The notes beneath the pieces are model-generated. The model saw only the letters and a program-made list of their open reading frames with translations. It was not told where the DNA came from and searched no databases. Below, piece after piece: positions 7,407 to 16,455 of a DNA stretch of 32,000 bases. The position numbers were made by a program, and so were the translations under genes. Origin of the DNA: Halomicronema hongdechloris C2206 (lineage in GTDB: Bacteria > Cyanobacteriota > Cyanobacteriia > Phormidesmidales > Phormidesmidaceae); contig NZ_CP021983.2 in assembly GCF_002075285.3 (NCBI RefSeq), positions 2,520,001-2,552,000 on the forward strand, in the 5' to 3' direction. Each line of letters starts with the position of its first letter. The first letter of the stretch is position 1.

Positions 7407-8854
7407 GCAAAACTTTCTCAACTCAGAAATTATGTAACTCCAGTCTGACACTTTACGCCTTCCATCTACGTGATAACCTTAGCGAAGGCCTTCGCCAGGT
7501 ATCATCCCAAGCCTCAAGACTATGGGAGAACCTGGTGTGGTTAGGCAGTACACTGAAAATTCCTGAACTGCAGTCTTTGAGACAAAAGCTGATCTGTTAT
7601 CAAGCAGGGCAGTATCAACCGACTGCAGAGGATCAGTTAGCTTTAGGTCAACAAAGCCTTTTGCCTGAAGAAGAAGATCGTATAAACTTTCAGTTAATTG
7701 CACAAGCCGACAGTGCAAGTCTAGAACTTAAGGGATTACTTTGCCCCTTTCGTCTCCACGATGCCTACGCAATCGACCTTACCCTGTTCTCCCCAACTCC
7801 CATCACTTTGGGGCAACTCAACCAGCTTAATCCCCAAGGACTCTTGCTACCTCCACATATCCAGGCATCCTTAGGACAAACCCTATTGTTCTATGCAGAA
7901 GTCGATGCCCTCGAGAAAGATGACCGTTCGATTGCAGATGCTTGCCTAGCTCAGTTGCTTCAAAATCAGGTAATGCCTGAATTCCTCGCTGAAGGTAAAC
8001 TCCTAGGTAGCTCAATCTTTGAATATGGTTCTCTGGTACGTGATCCAGCCCAGCAATACCATATCCTGGTTTGGCTCAACCACAATCAGCTTGCTCCAGA
8101 GGTGGATGAAGTTTCAGAACGATTGCTCTATCTCCTGAACTCTCGCCATAAAATTCTTTACGCTTATGACCAGTCTCGCTGGTGCGATCGCCAGGCTAAA
8201 CAGCTTTACAGCGACCTGGAACTAAACATTGTTCAAAGATTCAACCAGATTGCTCGGTCCCCAGACCACCTACAGCAGTTTCAAACATTACTGCGGAATC
8301 AACTACCCCAAACGGCATTTCAGTATGCTCAATACTTGAGGGACCTATCAGATCACGAGACTACAATTAACACTAATCTCCAAAACTACCGTCAACAACT
8401 GGCAAAACTCGCCCGATTGCCAGGCTGCGACCTAACTTTTTTGCAAGATTTCTTAGACCTCGCTGAAAACAAATATCTCAAACAAATCCAGGTTAACCAA
8501 AGCTACCTTACTCCTGGACAGGCGCTGTTCCAACAACTTACTGAAACTATTCGAGGTTTAGCTGAATTGGAACAGACTGAGAGCGATCGATGTTTAGAGA
8601 GAACCGTTCAAGTTCTAGGTGTTGGTCTTGCGACAGGAACCATTGTTGGGGCTGGCTATAGCTACACTGAGAAGCCTTTCAAGCCTCCTTTTTCGACCAA
8701 CACTATTCATCCGTTTGTTGCTTACTTGCTATGGAGCTTCACTGCTGCCTTTATCGCTGGGGTGATTGCATACTGGCTGACTCAGCTGAATTTGCTGGTA
8801 TGGTGGTCGAATTTACGTAATCGAGGGCAAGACGAGAAAACCTTTGAAGAATGA
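7403..8854 (+). CDS. Hypothetical 483-aa protein: N-terminal globular region, Gln/Leu-rich coiled-coil, two C-terminal TM helices
   Basis: Long ORF with an ATG start that overlaps the upstream stop. Predicted TM1 is VQVLGVGLATGTIVGAGYSY (about 8606-8665). Predicted TM2 is IHPFVAYLLWSFTAAFIAGVIAYWLTQL (about 8705-8790). A short charged tail follows. No catalytic motif or named family recognised. Confidence 0.7.
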   Translation: MSKTFSTQKLCNSSLTLYAFHLRDNLSEGLRQVSSQASRLWENLVWLGSTLKIPELQSLRQKLICYQAGQYQPTAEDQLALGQQSLLPEEEDRINFQLIAQADSASLELKGLLCPFRLHDAYAIDLTLFSPTPITLGQLNQLNPQGLLLPPHIQASLGQTLLFYAEVDALEKDDRSIADACLAQLLQNQVMPEFLAEGKLLGSSIFEYGSLVRDPAQQYHILVWLNHNQLAPEVDEVSERLLYLLNSRHKILYAYDQSRWCDRQAKQLYSDLELNIVQRFNQIARSPDHLQQFQTLLRNQLPQTAFQYAQYLRDLSDHETTINTNLQNYRQQLAKLARLPGCDLTFLQDFLDLAENKYLKQIQVNQSYLTPGQALFQQLTETIRGLAELEQTESDRCLERTVQVLGVGLATGTIVGAGYSYTEKPFKPPFSTNTIHPFVAYLLWSFTAAFIAGVIAYWLTQLNLLVWWSNLRNRGQDEKTFEE

Positions 8855-9081
8855 GCTTTGAAGCTACTATTTCGAGACTTTATCAGGGAGCAATAAGTCG
8901 GAGCATAGACTGGATATTATGTACTTAAGTAAAAATTATACTCTTCGGCCCAAGCGGCTTAAGAGATAGCGCTGCCTACTTATCCCAGCTCAGGATACCG
9001 AATACCTGTCAGAGAACCCTAAGACAATGACGCGTGGCTTCCCTGCTCTGGCTGCTAAGGTGATGGCAAGAATTCCTGCTC

Positions 9082-9615
9082 TTGGCCATGACCGTTTCAG
9101 GCATGACTTACTCTTGGATTGCCATGCTTCTGCTGCTCGGGATGGCTGGATGTGCGCTTGAGCCAGGGCCTAACTCAGCTGAGCCATCCAATACGACTGA
9201 CTCGTCTCCCACCTCAGCGACCACGGCTGAGCCAGCGACGGCGGCGGTGCTCTCCGTCGAGGTCAGCGGTGACCCGGGCGCCTACGAATTTACGGTCACC
9301 GTACGCAGTCCTGACACTGGCTGTGACCAGTATGCCGATTGGTGGGAAGTGCTGAGCGCAGAGGGGGAGTTACTCTACCGGCGCGTCTTACTACACAGCC
9401 ACGTGGATGAGCAACCCTTTACCCGCAGTGGCGGGCCGGTTGCAGTCTCACCGGAGCAAGTGGTGATCGTGCGATCGCACATGCATCCCAGTGGCTATGG
9501 AACCCAGGCCCAGGAAGGATCCGTGGCCACAGGGTTTAGGGCAGTGACCTTGCCCGCCGGGTTTGCCACCACCCTCGCCCAGCAAGACCCCCTACCCGCC
9601 GACTGCGCCTTTTGA
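9082..9615 (+). CDS. Putative lipoprotein, function unknown
   Basis: N-terminal signal peptide with a lipobox-like LLGMAGC, followed by a Ser/Thr/Pro/Ala-rich linker. The start is uncertain (TTG 9082, ATG 9088 or ATG 9103). Composition is GC-rich and host-like. Confidence 0.6.
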   Translation: MAMTVSGMTYSWIAMLLLLGMAGCALEPGPNSAEPSNTTDSSPTSATTAEPATAAVLSVEVSGDPGAYEFTVTVRSPDTGCDQYADWWEVLSAEGELLYRRVLLHSHVDEQPFTRSGGPVAVSPEQVVIVRSHMHPSGYGTQAQEGSVATGFRAVTLPAGFATTLAQQDPLPADCAF

Positions 9616-9687
9616 ATTGTCTGAGTCCTTTGCCGCTTCACACAGTTCTCCATGCCGCCAGAGCTCAGTCTCAAACGGCAGCTCGGT

Positions 9688-10182
9688 TTATAAACCAGCC
9701 CGCTTAAACGCTGGCAGCAGCGAGCGATCGGCCAAATAGGTGTGCAGCTCTTTGGAGCTCATGCGGCATAGATCTTTGGCGACTTCCTGCACGGTGAGCT
9801 GTTGCGGCAGGTTGGATGGCAGCACGTTGCGCAGAATGCCTAGAATTTGCGGTTCTGCAACCAAAATGAGCTGCCTGACTGGGTGCGTCTGACTGAGCTG
9901 AGTAATGCGGCTGGCGACAGACTGGGCGAAACGATATTCAAACGCCATCCTATGCTGTTTGCGATGGTCGTCATAGCTGTGAGCCTGACCCGAACCGCCG
10001 CGATTACGTCCCGCTTTCGTATTGGCCCACAATTCCTGGCCCGGCATTTCCTGTTCAGCATTGTGTAAGCTGTCACGCTCCACGAGATGCGGTCCGGCTT
10101 CGTATTCAGTGACCTCTGTGGGGTTGAGTGTTAAGAAGCGGGCTGTTGTGCCGTCAATAACCGCTACCAGATAGTGACCCAT
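9688..10182 (-). CDS. Host-attachment-protein family protein (PF10116-like)
   Basis: 164 aa. The layout is MGHYLVAVIDGTTARF..., then a central GRNRGGSGQAHSYDDH segment, then FAQSVASRI...LILVAEPQILGILR, then KDL...SSKELHTYL. This matches my recollection of the family. Confidence 0.65.
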   Translation of the reverse strand: MGHYLVAVIDGTTARFLTLNPTEVTEYEAGPHLVERDSLHNAEQEMPGQELWANTKAGRNRGGSGQAHSYDDHRKQHRMAFEYRFAQSVASRITQLSQTHPVRQLILVAEPQILGILRNVLPSNLPQQLTVQEVAKDLCRMSSKELHTYLADRSLLPAFKRAGL

Positions 10183-10399
10183 GAATCCCCTCTCGAAACC
10201 TTGTCTAATCTAATCGTAACGGGGTTGTGTAGGCCACATCACATCAGCGAACAAAGCTTAGGAGTCTAGCATTACCCGTTTATGCCCCCCATGACGCCTC
10301 GCCATCGGGTTGGCAATGACAGTTGGTAACTGGGGGGCAGCCACTCGACCCGTCACCTAAGAGAATAGGATGTGAGGACGTTTCTGGAGGAATCCGATC

Positions 10400-10876
10400 A
10401 TGACTCTTGTCCTGAGGTCACCGGCGTTTGCTGCCGGTGGGGAGATCCCCGTTGAATACACCTGCGAAGGGCGCGACATGTCGCCGCCGTTGACTTGGCA
10501 GGGCATCCCAGCAGGGACCCGCAGTTTAGTCCTGATCGTCGCCGATCCCGATGCTCCTGATCCGACTGCTCCCCAAATGACGTGGGTCCATTGGCTACTG
10601 TACAATTTGCCTCCCGAAACGGAGGGACTATCGGCAGGAATCACATCCCAAAACTTGCCAGCCGGCACCCGAGAAGGCATCAACGACTTCAAGCGCACTC
10701 GCTATGGTGGCCCGTGCCCTCCCATCGGACGTCATCGTTACTTCCACAAGCTCTATGCTCTAGATACAATGCTGGCAGACTTGGGTACGCCGACAAAATC
10801 CCAACTAGAGGCGGCAATGCCAGGACACATCTTGGCCCAGGCTGAACTCATGGGCACCTATGAGAAGACACGCTGA
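10400..10876 (+). CDS. YbhB/YbcL-family PEBP (Raf-kinase-inhibitor-like) protein
   Basis: Motifs: IPVEYTCEGRDMSPPLTW, LIVADPDAPDP, WVHWLLYNLP, GINDFKRTRYGGPCPPIGRHRYFHKLYALD. GGAGGA lies 8 nt upstream of the ATG. Confidence 0.9.
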   Translation: MTLVLRSPAFAAGGEIPVEYTCEGRDMSPPLTWQGIPAGTRSLVLIVADPDAPDPTAPQMTWVHWLLYNLPPETEGLSAGITSQNLPAGTREGINDFKRTRYGGPCPPIGRHRYFHKLYALDTMLADLGTPTKSQLEAAMPGHILAQAELMGTYEKTR

Positions 10877-10977
10877 TGGGGTTGAGCCCAATACCGACCT
10901 CAAACAACACGCTGATCAGGGCGATTGGGTACCCCTCAACCGGCTTCACCCGCAGGTCGAGGGCAACGTGAAAACAT

Positions 10978-11733
10978 TTATGGCCGTGTCAAAGGGGTTA
11001 GGTGCTGTTGCAACTGTTGGGCATTCTTAACAGCGTAACCGCCCCCATCGTTATTGAAATAGACGTAGGCATCGTAACCCAGGCTGAGCCAGTGACACAG
11101 GCGATCGCTCTCCGATTGCAACTGCTCTAACGGATAGCCCTGATCCATTGTGCCACCCGGCCCATGGCGTCGTAGGTAGAGAAAATCTGCCGTCGTCGGT
11201 GCCGCCACGGTTAACTGTGCCCCATCGGCCCAACAAAGCGCCACATTACTCTGCCGCAGCCGATCGAACATGGCCGGTACTAGCCAGGAGGCATGGCGCA
11301 CCTCCAAGACAACTTTGGGGGCAGATACCACGGATTGACTGTTGAGAATGTCTAAAAGCTGGGACAACCGCGGTAAGTCCAGCGCAAAATTGGGTGGCAA
11401 TTGCAACAGCAAAGGACCTAACTTAGACTCCAACAGGGCGACCCGCTGCAGGAAATTCAGCAGCAATTCTTCACAGGCGGCCAGGCGACGAGCATGGGTG
11501 ATCAGACGACTCACTTTCACCGCGAACGTAAAATCTGGGGGGGTCACTGTACGCCAGCGAGTCAGCATTTTTGTGGAGGGCAGGCGATAAAAGGTACTGT
11601 TGAGCTCGACGGTCCGAAACACCTGACTGTAGTGGGCCAACCATTGCCCAGAGGGCACGCCCTTGGGATAAAAGGTGGGATAGCGCCAATGCTTATAGCT
11701 AAAGCCGCTGGTGCCGATGATTGCTGTCGCCAT
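10978..11733 (-). CDS. DUF72 (YecE/UPF0759) family protein
   Basis: IGTSGFSYKHWRYPTFYP...YSQVFRTVELNSTFYRLPS...FAVKVSRLITH...LLQLPPNF are typical DUF72 motifs. Full-length ORF of 251 aa. Confidence 0.9.
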   Translation of the reverse strand: MATAIIGTSGFSYKHWRYPTFYPKGVPSGQWLAHYSQVFRTVELNSTFYRLPSTKMLTRWRTVTPPDFTFAVKVSRLITHARRLAACEELLLNFLQRVALLESKLGPLLLQLPPNFALDLPRLSQLLDILNSQSVVSAPKVVLEVRHASWLVPAMFDRLRQSNVALCWADGAQLTVAAPTTADFLYLRRHGPGGTMDQGYPLEQLQSESDRLCHWLSLGYDAYVYFNNDGGGYAVKNAQQLQQHLTPLTRP

Positions 11734-11845
11734 AGAGAAAAATTGGATGGGATCCAGAAATCAGTATATTTTGCTTATCCATTCAAGTGATTCTCAGACT
11801 CAGATGTCACCCTAAAAGCTAACCAAAGCCACACCTCCAGGTTTT

Positions 11846-14527
11846 ATGACGCCAGAACACGAACGCCTGCAAGCCGCCCAGGTCCCTGCAACCCCCTGGA
11901 AAAAATGGGGGCCTTACTTGAGCGAGCGCCAGTGGGGCACGGTACGAGAAGACTACAGTGCCAGCGGCGAAGCCTGGGACTATTTCTCCCATCAGCAGTC
12001 CCACTCGCGGGCCTATCGCTGGGGCGAAGACGGTATCGGTGGCATCTGCGATGATCAGCAATTGCTTTGTTTGGCTCTGGCCCTGTGGAACGGTCAGGAT
12101 CCGGTGCTAAAAGAGCGACTGTTTGGCCTCACCGGCAGCCAGGGCAACCACGGCGAAGACGTGAAGGAGTACTACTTTTACCTAGATAGCACCCCCACCC
12201 ACAGCTACCTGAAGTGTCTCTACAAGTATCCTCAAGCCGAGTATCCCTATGCTGACCTGGTGGCAGAAAACCAGCGGCGGGGCCGGGGCAGCATGGAATA
12301 TGAGCTGCTGGACACTGGCGTATTTGCTGAGAGCCGCTACTTCGATGTGTTCGTGGAGTATGCCAAAGCGGCCCCAGAGGACATCCTGATTCAGATCGAG
12401 GTGGTTAATCGGGGACCAGAGGCAGCCCCCCTACACCTGCTACCCACCCTGTGGTATCGCAATACCTGGTCTTGGGGCGAGGGCACTGAGAAACCTGTTC
12501 TCAAACTCGGCGATCCCGGCAATTGGGGCAGCACCATTGAAGCTGCCCATCCCCTCCTGGGACGCTACTGGCTCCATTGCGCTACTGCCGGCCCGCTGCC
12601 CCTGTACTTCACCGAGAACGAGACCAACATCGCCAAACTGTTTGAGGCCGAGAACTCGTCTCCCTACGTTAAGGACGGCATCCACGATGCGGTGATTCAC
12701 GGTCAGAAAGACGCCATAAATCCGCAGCAGATAGGGACGAAAGCAGCTGCCCACTATCGGCTGCATGTGGGGGCGGGAGAGGGTCAGACGGTGCGGCTGC
12801 GACTGACCCAAGAAGCTCATTTGCAGGCCCCCTTGGGTGACGACTTTGACACCGTCTTGCAAGCCCGGCGGCGAGAGGCGGATGACTTCTATGCTGCCCT
12901 CACCCCTTTTACTCTGACCGCCGACCAGCGATCGATTCAGCGCCAGGCCTTTGCCGGGATGCTGTGGAGCAAGCAGATGTACCGCTACGGGGTACAAGAT
13001 TGGCTCCGGGGTGATCCGACCATGCCGCCACCGCCCCCAGGCCACCAGCAGGGTCGCAATCGCCAGTGGCGACACCTCGATAGCGCCGACATCATTTCCA
13101 TGCCCGACACCTGGGAATACCCCTGGTTTGCCGCCTGGGATCTGGCTTTTCACTGTATTCCCCTGGCCATGGTCGATGCCGAGTTTGCCAAGCAGCAGCT
13201 CGATATCATGACCCGGGAGTGGTATATGCATCCCAACGGCCAGCTGCCGGCCTACGAGTGGGCCTTTGGGGATGTGAATCCGCCGGTACATGCCTGGGCC
13301 ACTTGGCGGGTCTACAAGATTGAGCAAAAGTTGACAGGCCAGGGAGATCGGATCTTCCTAGAGCGGGTCTTTCAAAAGCTGCTGCTGAACTTCACCTGGT
13401 GGGTAAACCGCAAGGATAGGGAAGGCAATAACGTGTTTGAAGGGGGCTTTTTGGGCCTCGACAACATTGGCGTGTTTGATCGCAGCGCCGAACTACCCAC
13501 GGGCGGCACCCTGGAGCAATCTGACAGCACCAGTTGGATGGCCATGTACTGCCTCAACATGTTGGAGATTGCCTTAGAACTGGCCCGGGACAACCCTGTG
13601 TATGAAGACATGGCCACCAAGTTCTTCGAGCACTTCATCTACATCGCCGATGCCATGAACCACATCGGTAACGACCGCACCCAGCTTTGGGATGAGGAAG
13701 ACGGCTTCTTCTACGATGTGTTGCATCTGCCAAATGGCAAGCGCATCCAGATGACGATTCGCTCCCTAGTGGGGCTGATTCCTCTGTTTGCGGTGATGAC
13801 CATCGAACCGGATTTGCTACGGCGCTTACCTAACTTCGCTGAACGCCTACAGTGGTTCATCCGCAACCGTCCCAACCTGAAGCGCAATGTCGCCTGCATG
13901 GAAACCGAGGGTGTCGGTGCCCGTCGTATGCTGGCCCTCTGCTATGCCACCATGGGTCGAGCCCGGCCTCAAGATAAGCTATGCCGCCTCTTAGAAAAGC
14001 TACTGGATGAATCCGAGTTCCTGAGTGACTACGGCATCCGCGCCCTCTCCAAACACCATGTCGAGCATCCTTATGTGTTCTACGCCAACGGCCAGGAGTA
14101 CCGGATAGACTACGAACCGGCTGAGTCTAGCAGCGGTCTGTTTGGTGGCAATTCTAATTGGCGGGGGCCGATCTGGTTTCCGGTGAATTATCTGATGATC
14201 GAGTCATTGCAGAAGTTTCATCACTACCTGGGCGATGACTATCGGGTGGAATGTCCGACAGGGTCGGGGCAGTGGATGACGCTGTGGCAAGTGGCCAGTG
14301 AGTTATCCCAGCGGCTGATGGCGATTTTTCTCCGCGACGGCAGTGGACGTCGCCCTGTCTATGGGGGCATTGCCCCGTTACAGACTGATCCTCACTGGCG
14401 AGGCTACATTCAGTTTCACGAGTACTTCCATGGTGACAACGGCGCCGGCCTGGGAGCCAGCCATCAAACCGGCTGGACTGGGCTGGTTGCCAAGCTGATT
14501 CAACAGCAGGCGGAATATAGTAGCTAG
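11846..14527 (+). CDS. GH63-like (MGH1-like) glucosidase
   Basis: 893 aa. The N-terminal signature is [32 protein letters not shown]...[15 protein letters not shown]...[44 protein letters not shown]. The C-terminal part looks like an (alpha/alpha)6-type region ([28 protein letters not shown]). Confidence 0.85.
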   Translation: MTPEHERLQAAQVPATPWKKWGPYLSERQWGTVREDYSASGEAWDYFSHQQSHSRAYRWGEDGIGGICDDQQLLCLALALWNGQDPVLKERLFGLTGSQGNHGEDVKEYYFYLDSTPTHSYLKCLYKYPQAEYPYADLVAENQRRGRGSMEYELLDTGVFAESRYFDVFVEYAKAAPEDILIQIEVVNRGPEAAPLHLLPTLWYRNTWSWGEGTEKPVLKLGDPGNWGSTIEAAHPLLGRYWLHCATAGPLPLYFTENETNIAKLFEAENSSPYVKDGIHDAVIHGQKDAINPQQIGTKAAAHYRLHVGAGEGQTVRLRLTQEAHLQAPLGDDFDTVLQARRREADDFYAALTPFTLTADQRSIQRQAFAGMLWSKQMYRYGVQDWLRGDPTMPPPPPGHQQGRNRQWRHLDSADIISMPDTWEYPWFAAWDLAFHCIPLAMVDAEFAKQQLDIMTREWYMHPNGQLPAYEWAFGDVNPPVHAWATWRVYKIEQKLTGQGDRIFLERVFQKLLLNFTWWVNRKDREGNNVFEGGFLGLDNIGVFDRSAELPTGGTLEQSDSTSWMAMYCLNMLEIALELARDNPVYEDMATKFFEHFIYIADAMNHIGNDRTQLWDEEDGFFYDVLHLPNGKRIQMTIRSLVGLIPLFAVMTIEPDLLRRLPNFAERLQWFIRNRPNLKRNVACMETEGVGARRMLALCYATMGRARPQDKLCRLLEKLLDESEFLSDYGIRALSKHHVEHPYVFYANGQEYRIDYEPAESSSGLFGGNSNWRGPIWFPVNYLMIESLQKFHHYLGDDYRVECPTGSGQWMTLWQVASELSQRLMAIFLRDGSGRRPVYGGIAPLQTDPHWRGYIQFHEYFHGDNGAGLGASHQTGWTGLVAKLIQQQAEYSS

Positions 14528-15087
14528 CAGGCAGTGAGCATGGCTTCTGGGGTCACCAACACATCGGTCTGGGATGATCGGCGGACGCTTTGAGGACATC
14601 CTGCTGATTAATCTGATTGCAGCACAGGATAGAGATAGGCCCCAACCTCGCCAACCTGGCCAAGGTGACAGACTGCCCGCTGCCTCGCCTGTTTCCCATG
14701 AAACTCGCTGTGTTAGATCGGACTTTCTCGCCAGCCCTGTCTGCCCCCCGTGACCTACGACCGCTGGATGAGGTGCGATCGCTTGACCGCAAGCTGGGAC
14801 AGCCCTTTCAACACATCTGGAAGACCATCTCAATTCACCCTAATCTCTCGTACTGACAGACTACTCGGACGATCCCGGGACGGTTTCAGGACAGAGGGCT
14901 CATCGGGAGCAGCTCTCTGGTATCCACTGCTAGGGCCGGCAATTGGCCGGCTGGGCTGGCTCTCGTGAGTCTATGGCATCTGCTTTGCCGCTGCCGATGT
15001 CGGCTTAGTGGCTGGCATAGGGGCTTTACCCTTGAGCGATACTGATCGTCTGTCACCCAATTCAGTATGATCATGCTCAAATAGTGC

Positions 15088-16455
15088 GTGGCAATTGATA
15101 TGCAATCCGACGAGGCTCTGGCCCTGCTGGATCACCTACTCCCCCACCATCCCCTGAGTGATCTGCAAGAAACAGTTTTCAGCCAGGTGTGGCAAGGTAA
15201 AACCTATGCTGAAATCGCCGATGCCTATGGCTACGAGCACAGCTACATTCGCGATGTGGGATTTCGTCTGTGGCAGATGATCTCGGAGGCCCTGGGGCAG
15301 AAAGTCTCCAAGAGCACCATCAAAGCCGTGCTCAGGCGCTATGCCCGCAACCATATGGCCCCGATGTCCTCGCCCCAGAGTGTCTCTGCGTCCCTGCCTC
15401 TGGCCTTAGAATTTCCCAATGGTCCGGTGCCCCTGCACTCGCCGTTATACATCGAGCGGCCCCCCATCGAGACCCAGGTGATGGCCGCTGTGCTCAAACC
15501 CGGCAGCCTGATTCGCCTCAAAGCTCCCCGGCAGATGGGGAAAACATCGTTGCTGCGGCGCATATTGGCCCATGCCCAACAGCACCAGCTGCGTTGCGTC
15601 AGCCTCAGTTTTCACCGGGCCGACCGGGCCATCTACACCGATCTAGATCGATTTCTGCGCTGGTTTTGTGCCAATATCAGCTATCAATTGGGGCTAGAGG
15701 CCGATCTGGACAGCTATTGGAACACCGACATCGGCAGTAAGGTCAGCTGCACCGCCTACCTGGAAGACCATGTACTCAGCCAGATCAGCGATGGGCTAGT
15801 GATTGCCCTGGATGAGCTGAATGACCTCTTCCAGTACCCGGAGTTGGCCTCGGAATTTCTACCGCTGCTGCGGTCTTGGTATGAAGACGGCCGCGAGTTG
15901 CCAGCTTGGCAGAAACTGCGGTGGGTGTTGGCCTATGCCACCGATGTGTATGTGCCGTTGCAGTTGAATCAGTCCCCGTTTAATGTGGGGCTTGCGATTA
16001 AGTTACCCTCGTTTTCCCTGGACCAGGTGCAGGAGCTGGCCCAGCGCCACGGTCTCACCTGGGCTGACGGTCAGGGGGGCCAAGAGCAATTGTTAACGTT
16101 GCTGCATATGGTCAGTTGCCGTCCAGGATTGGTGCGATTGGCCCTGTATGCCCTAGCCCAGAATGGCATGGGTGTAGACCAGTTAATCGAGGAAGCCCCT
16201 ACTCAATCGGGTATCTACAGTGATCATCTGCGGCACCTGCTGGCGGCCCTGTCACCGTTTCCAGGGCTGCAGGCCGCCTTTCGTCGGGTGATTCAGGCGG
16301 CGGAGCCGGTGTCTCTAGACCCCATTACCGCCTACCGCTTAGAGAGCCTGGGCCTGATTACGCTCGATAAAAATCAGGCCACTCCCAGCTGCGAGTTATA
16401 TCGCCACTATTTCCTCAATTTCTTGCCGGCAGACCAGCCCTCGACCCATGTATGA
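15088..16455 (+). CDS. AAA-like (PF14516/AAA_35-type) ATPase with N-terminal HTH module
   Basis: The N-terminus, LSDLQETVFSQVWQGKTYAEIADAYGYEHSYIRDVGFRLWQMISEALGQKVSKSTIKAVLRRY, looks like a sigma70-region-4/LuxR-like HTH, as seen at the N-termini of many cyanobacterial AAA-like/WD40 proteins. It is followed by LYIERPPIE, Walker A APRQMGKTS and Walker B LVIALDELNDL. The start is either GTG 15088 or ATG 15100. Confidence 0.8.
   Translation: MAIDMQSDEALALLDHLLPHHPLSDLQETVFSQVWQGKTYAEIADAYGYEHSYIRDVGFRLWQMISEALGQKVSKSTIKAVLRRYARNHMAPMSSPQSVSASLPLALEFPNGPVPLHSPLYIERPPIETQVMAAVLKPGSLIRLKAPRQMGKTSLLRRILAHAQQHQLRCVSLSFHRADRAIYTDLDRFLRWFCANISYQLGLEADLDSYWNTDIGSKVSCTAYLEDHVLSQISDGLVIALDELNDLFQYPELASEFLPLLRSWYEDGRELPAWQKLRWVLAYATDVYVPLQLNQSPFNVGLAIKLPSFSLDQVQELAQRHGLTWADGQGGQEQLLTLLHMVSCRPGLVRLALYALAQNGMGVDQLIEEAPTQSGIYSDHLRHLLAALSPFPGLQAAFRRVIQAAEPVSLDPITAYRLESLGLITLDKNQATPSCELYRHYFLNFLPADQPSTHV

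Noticed and set aside
12440-13327. 295-aa antisense ORF inside the glucosidase gene. Similar long overlapping ORFs occur at 21930-22547, 16407-16790, 16415-16771, 15270-15740, 14378-14833 and 11494-11790
   Set aside because: Long stop-free antisense or off-frame ORFs are typical of GC-rich DNA. Their products are Arg/Gly/Pro-rich with no motifs, and each overlaps a gene with clear family signatures.
14528-15087. 560-nt gap between the glucosidase and the HTH-AAA gene, with several 64-151-aa ORFs on both strands (e.g. 14617-14856)
   Set aside because: The ORFs overlap each other and lack SDs and recognisable motifs. I could not identify a pseudogene or RNA structure either, so the region is left unannotated rather than called.
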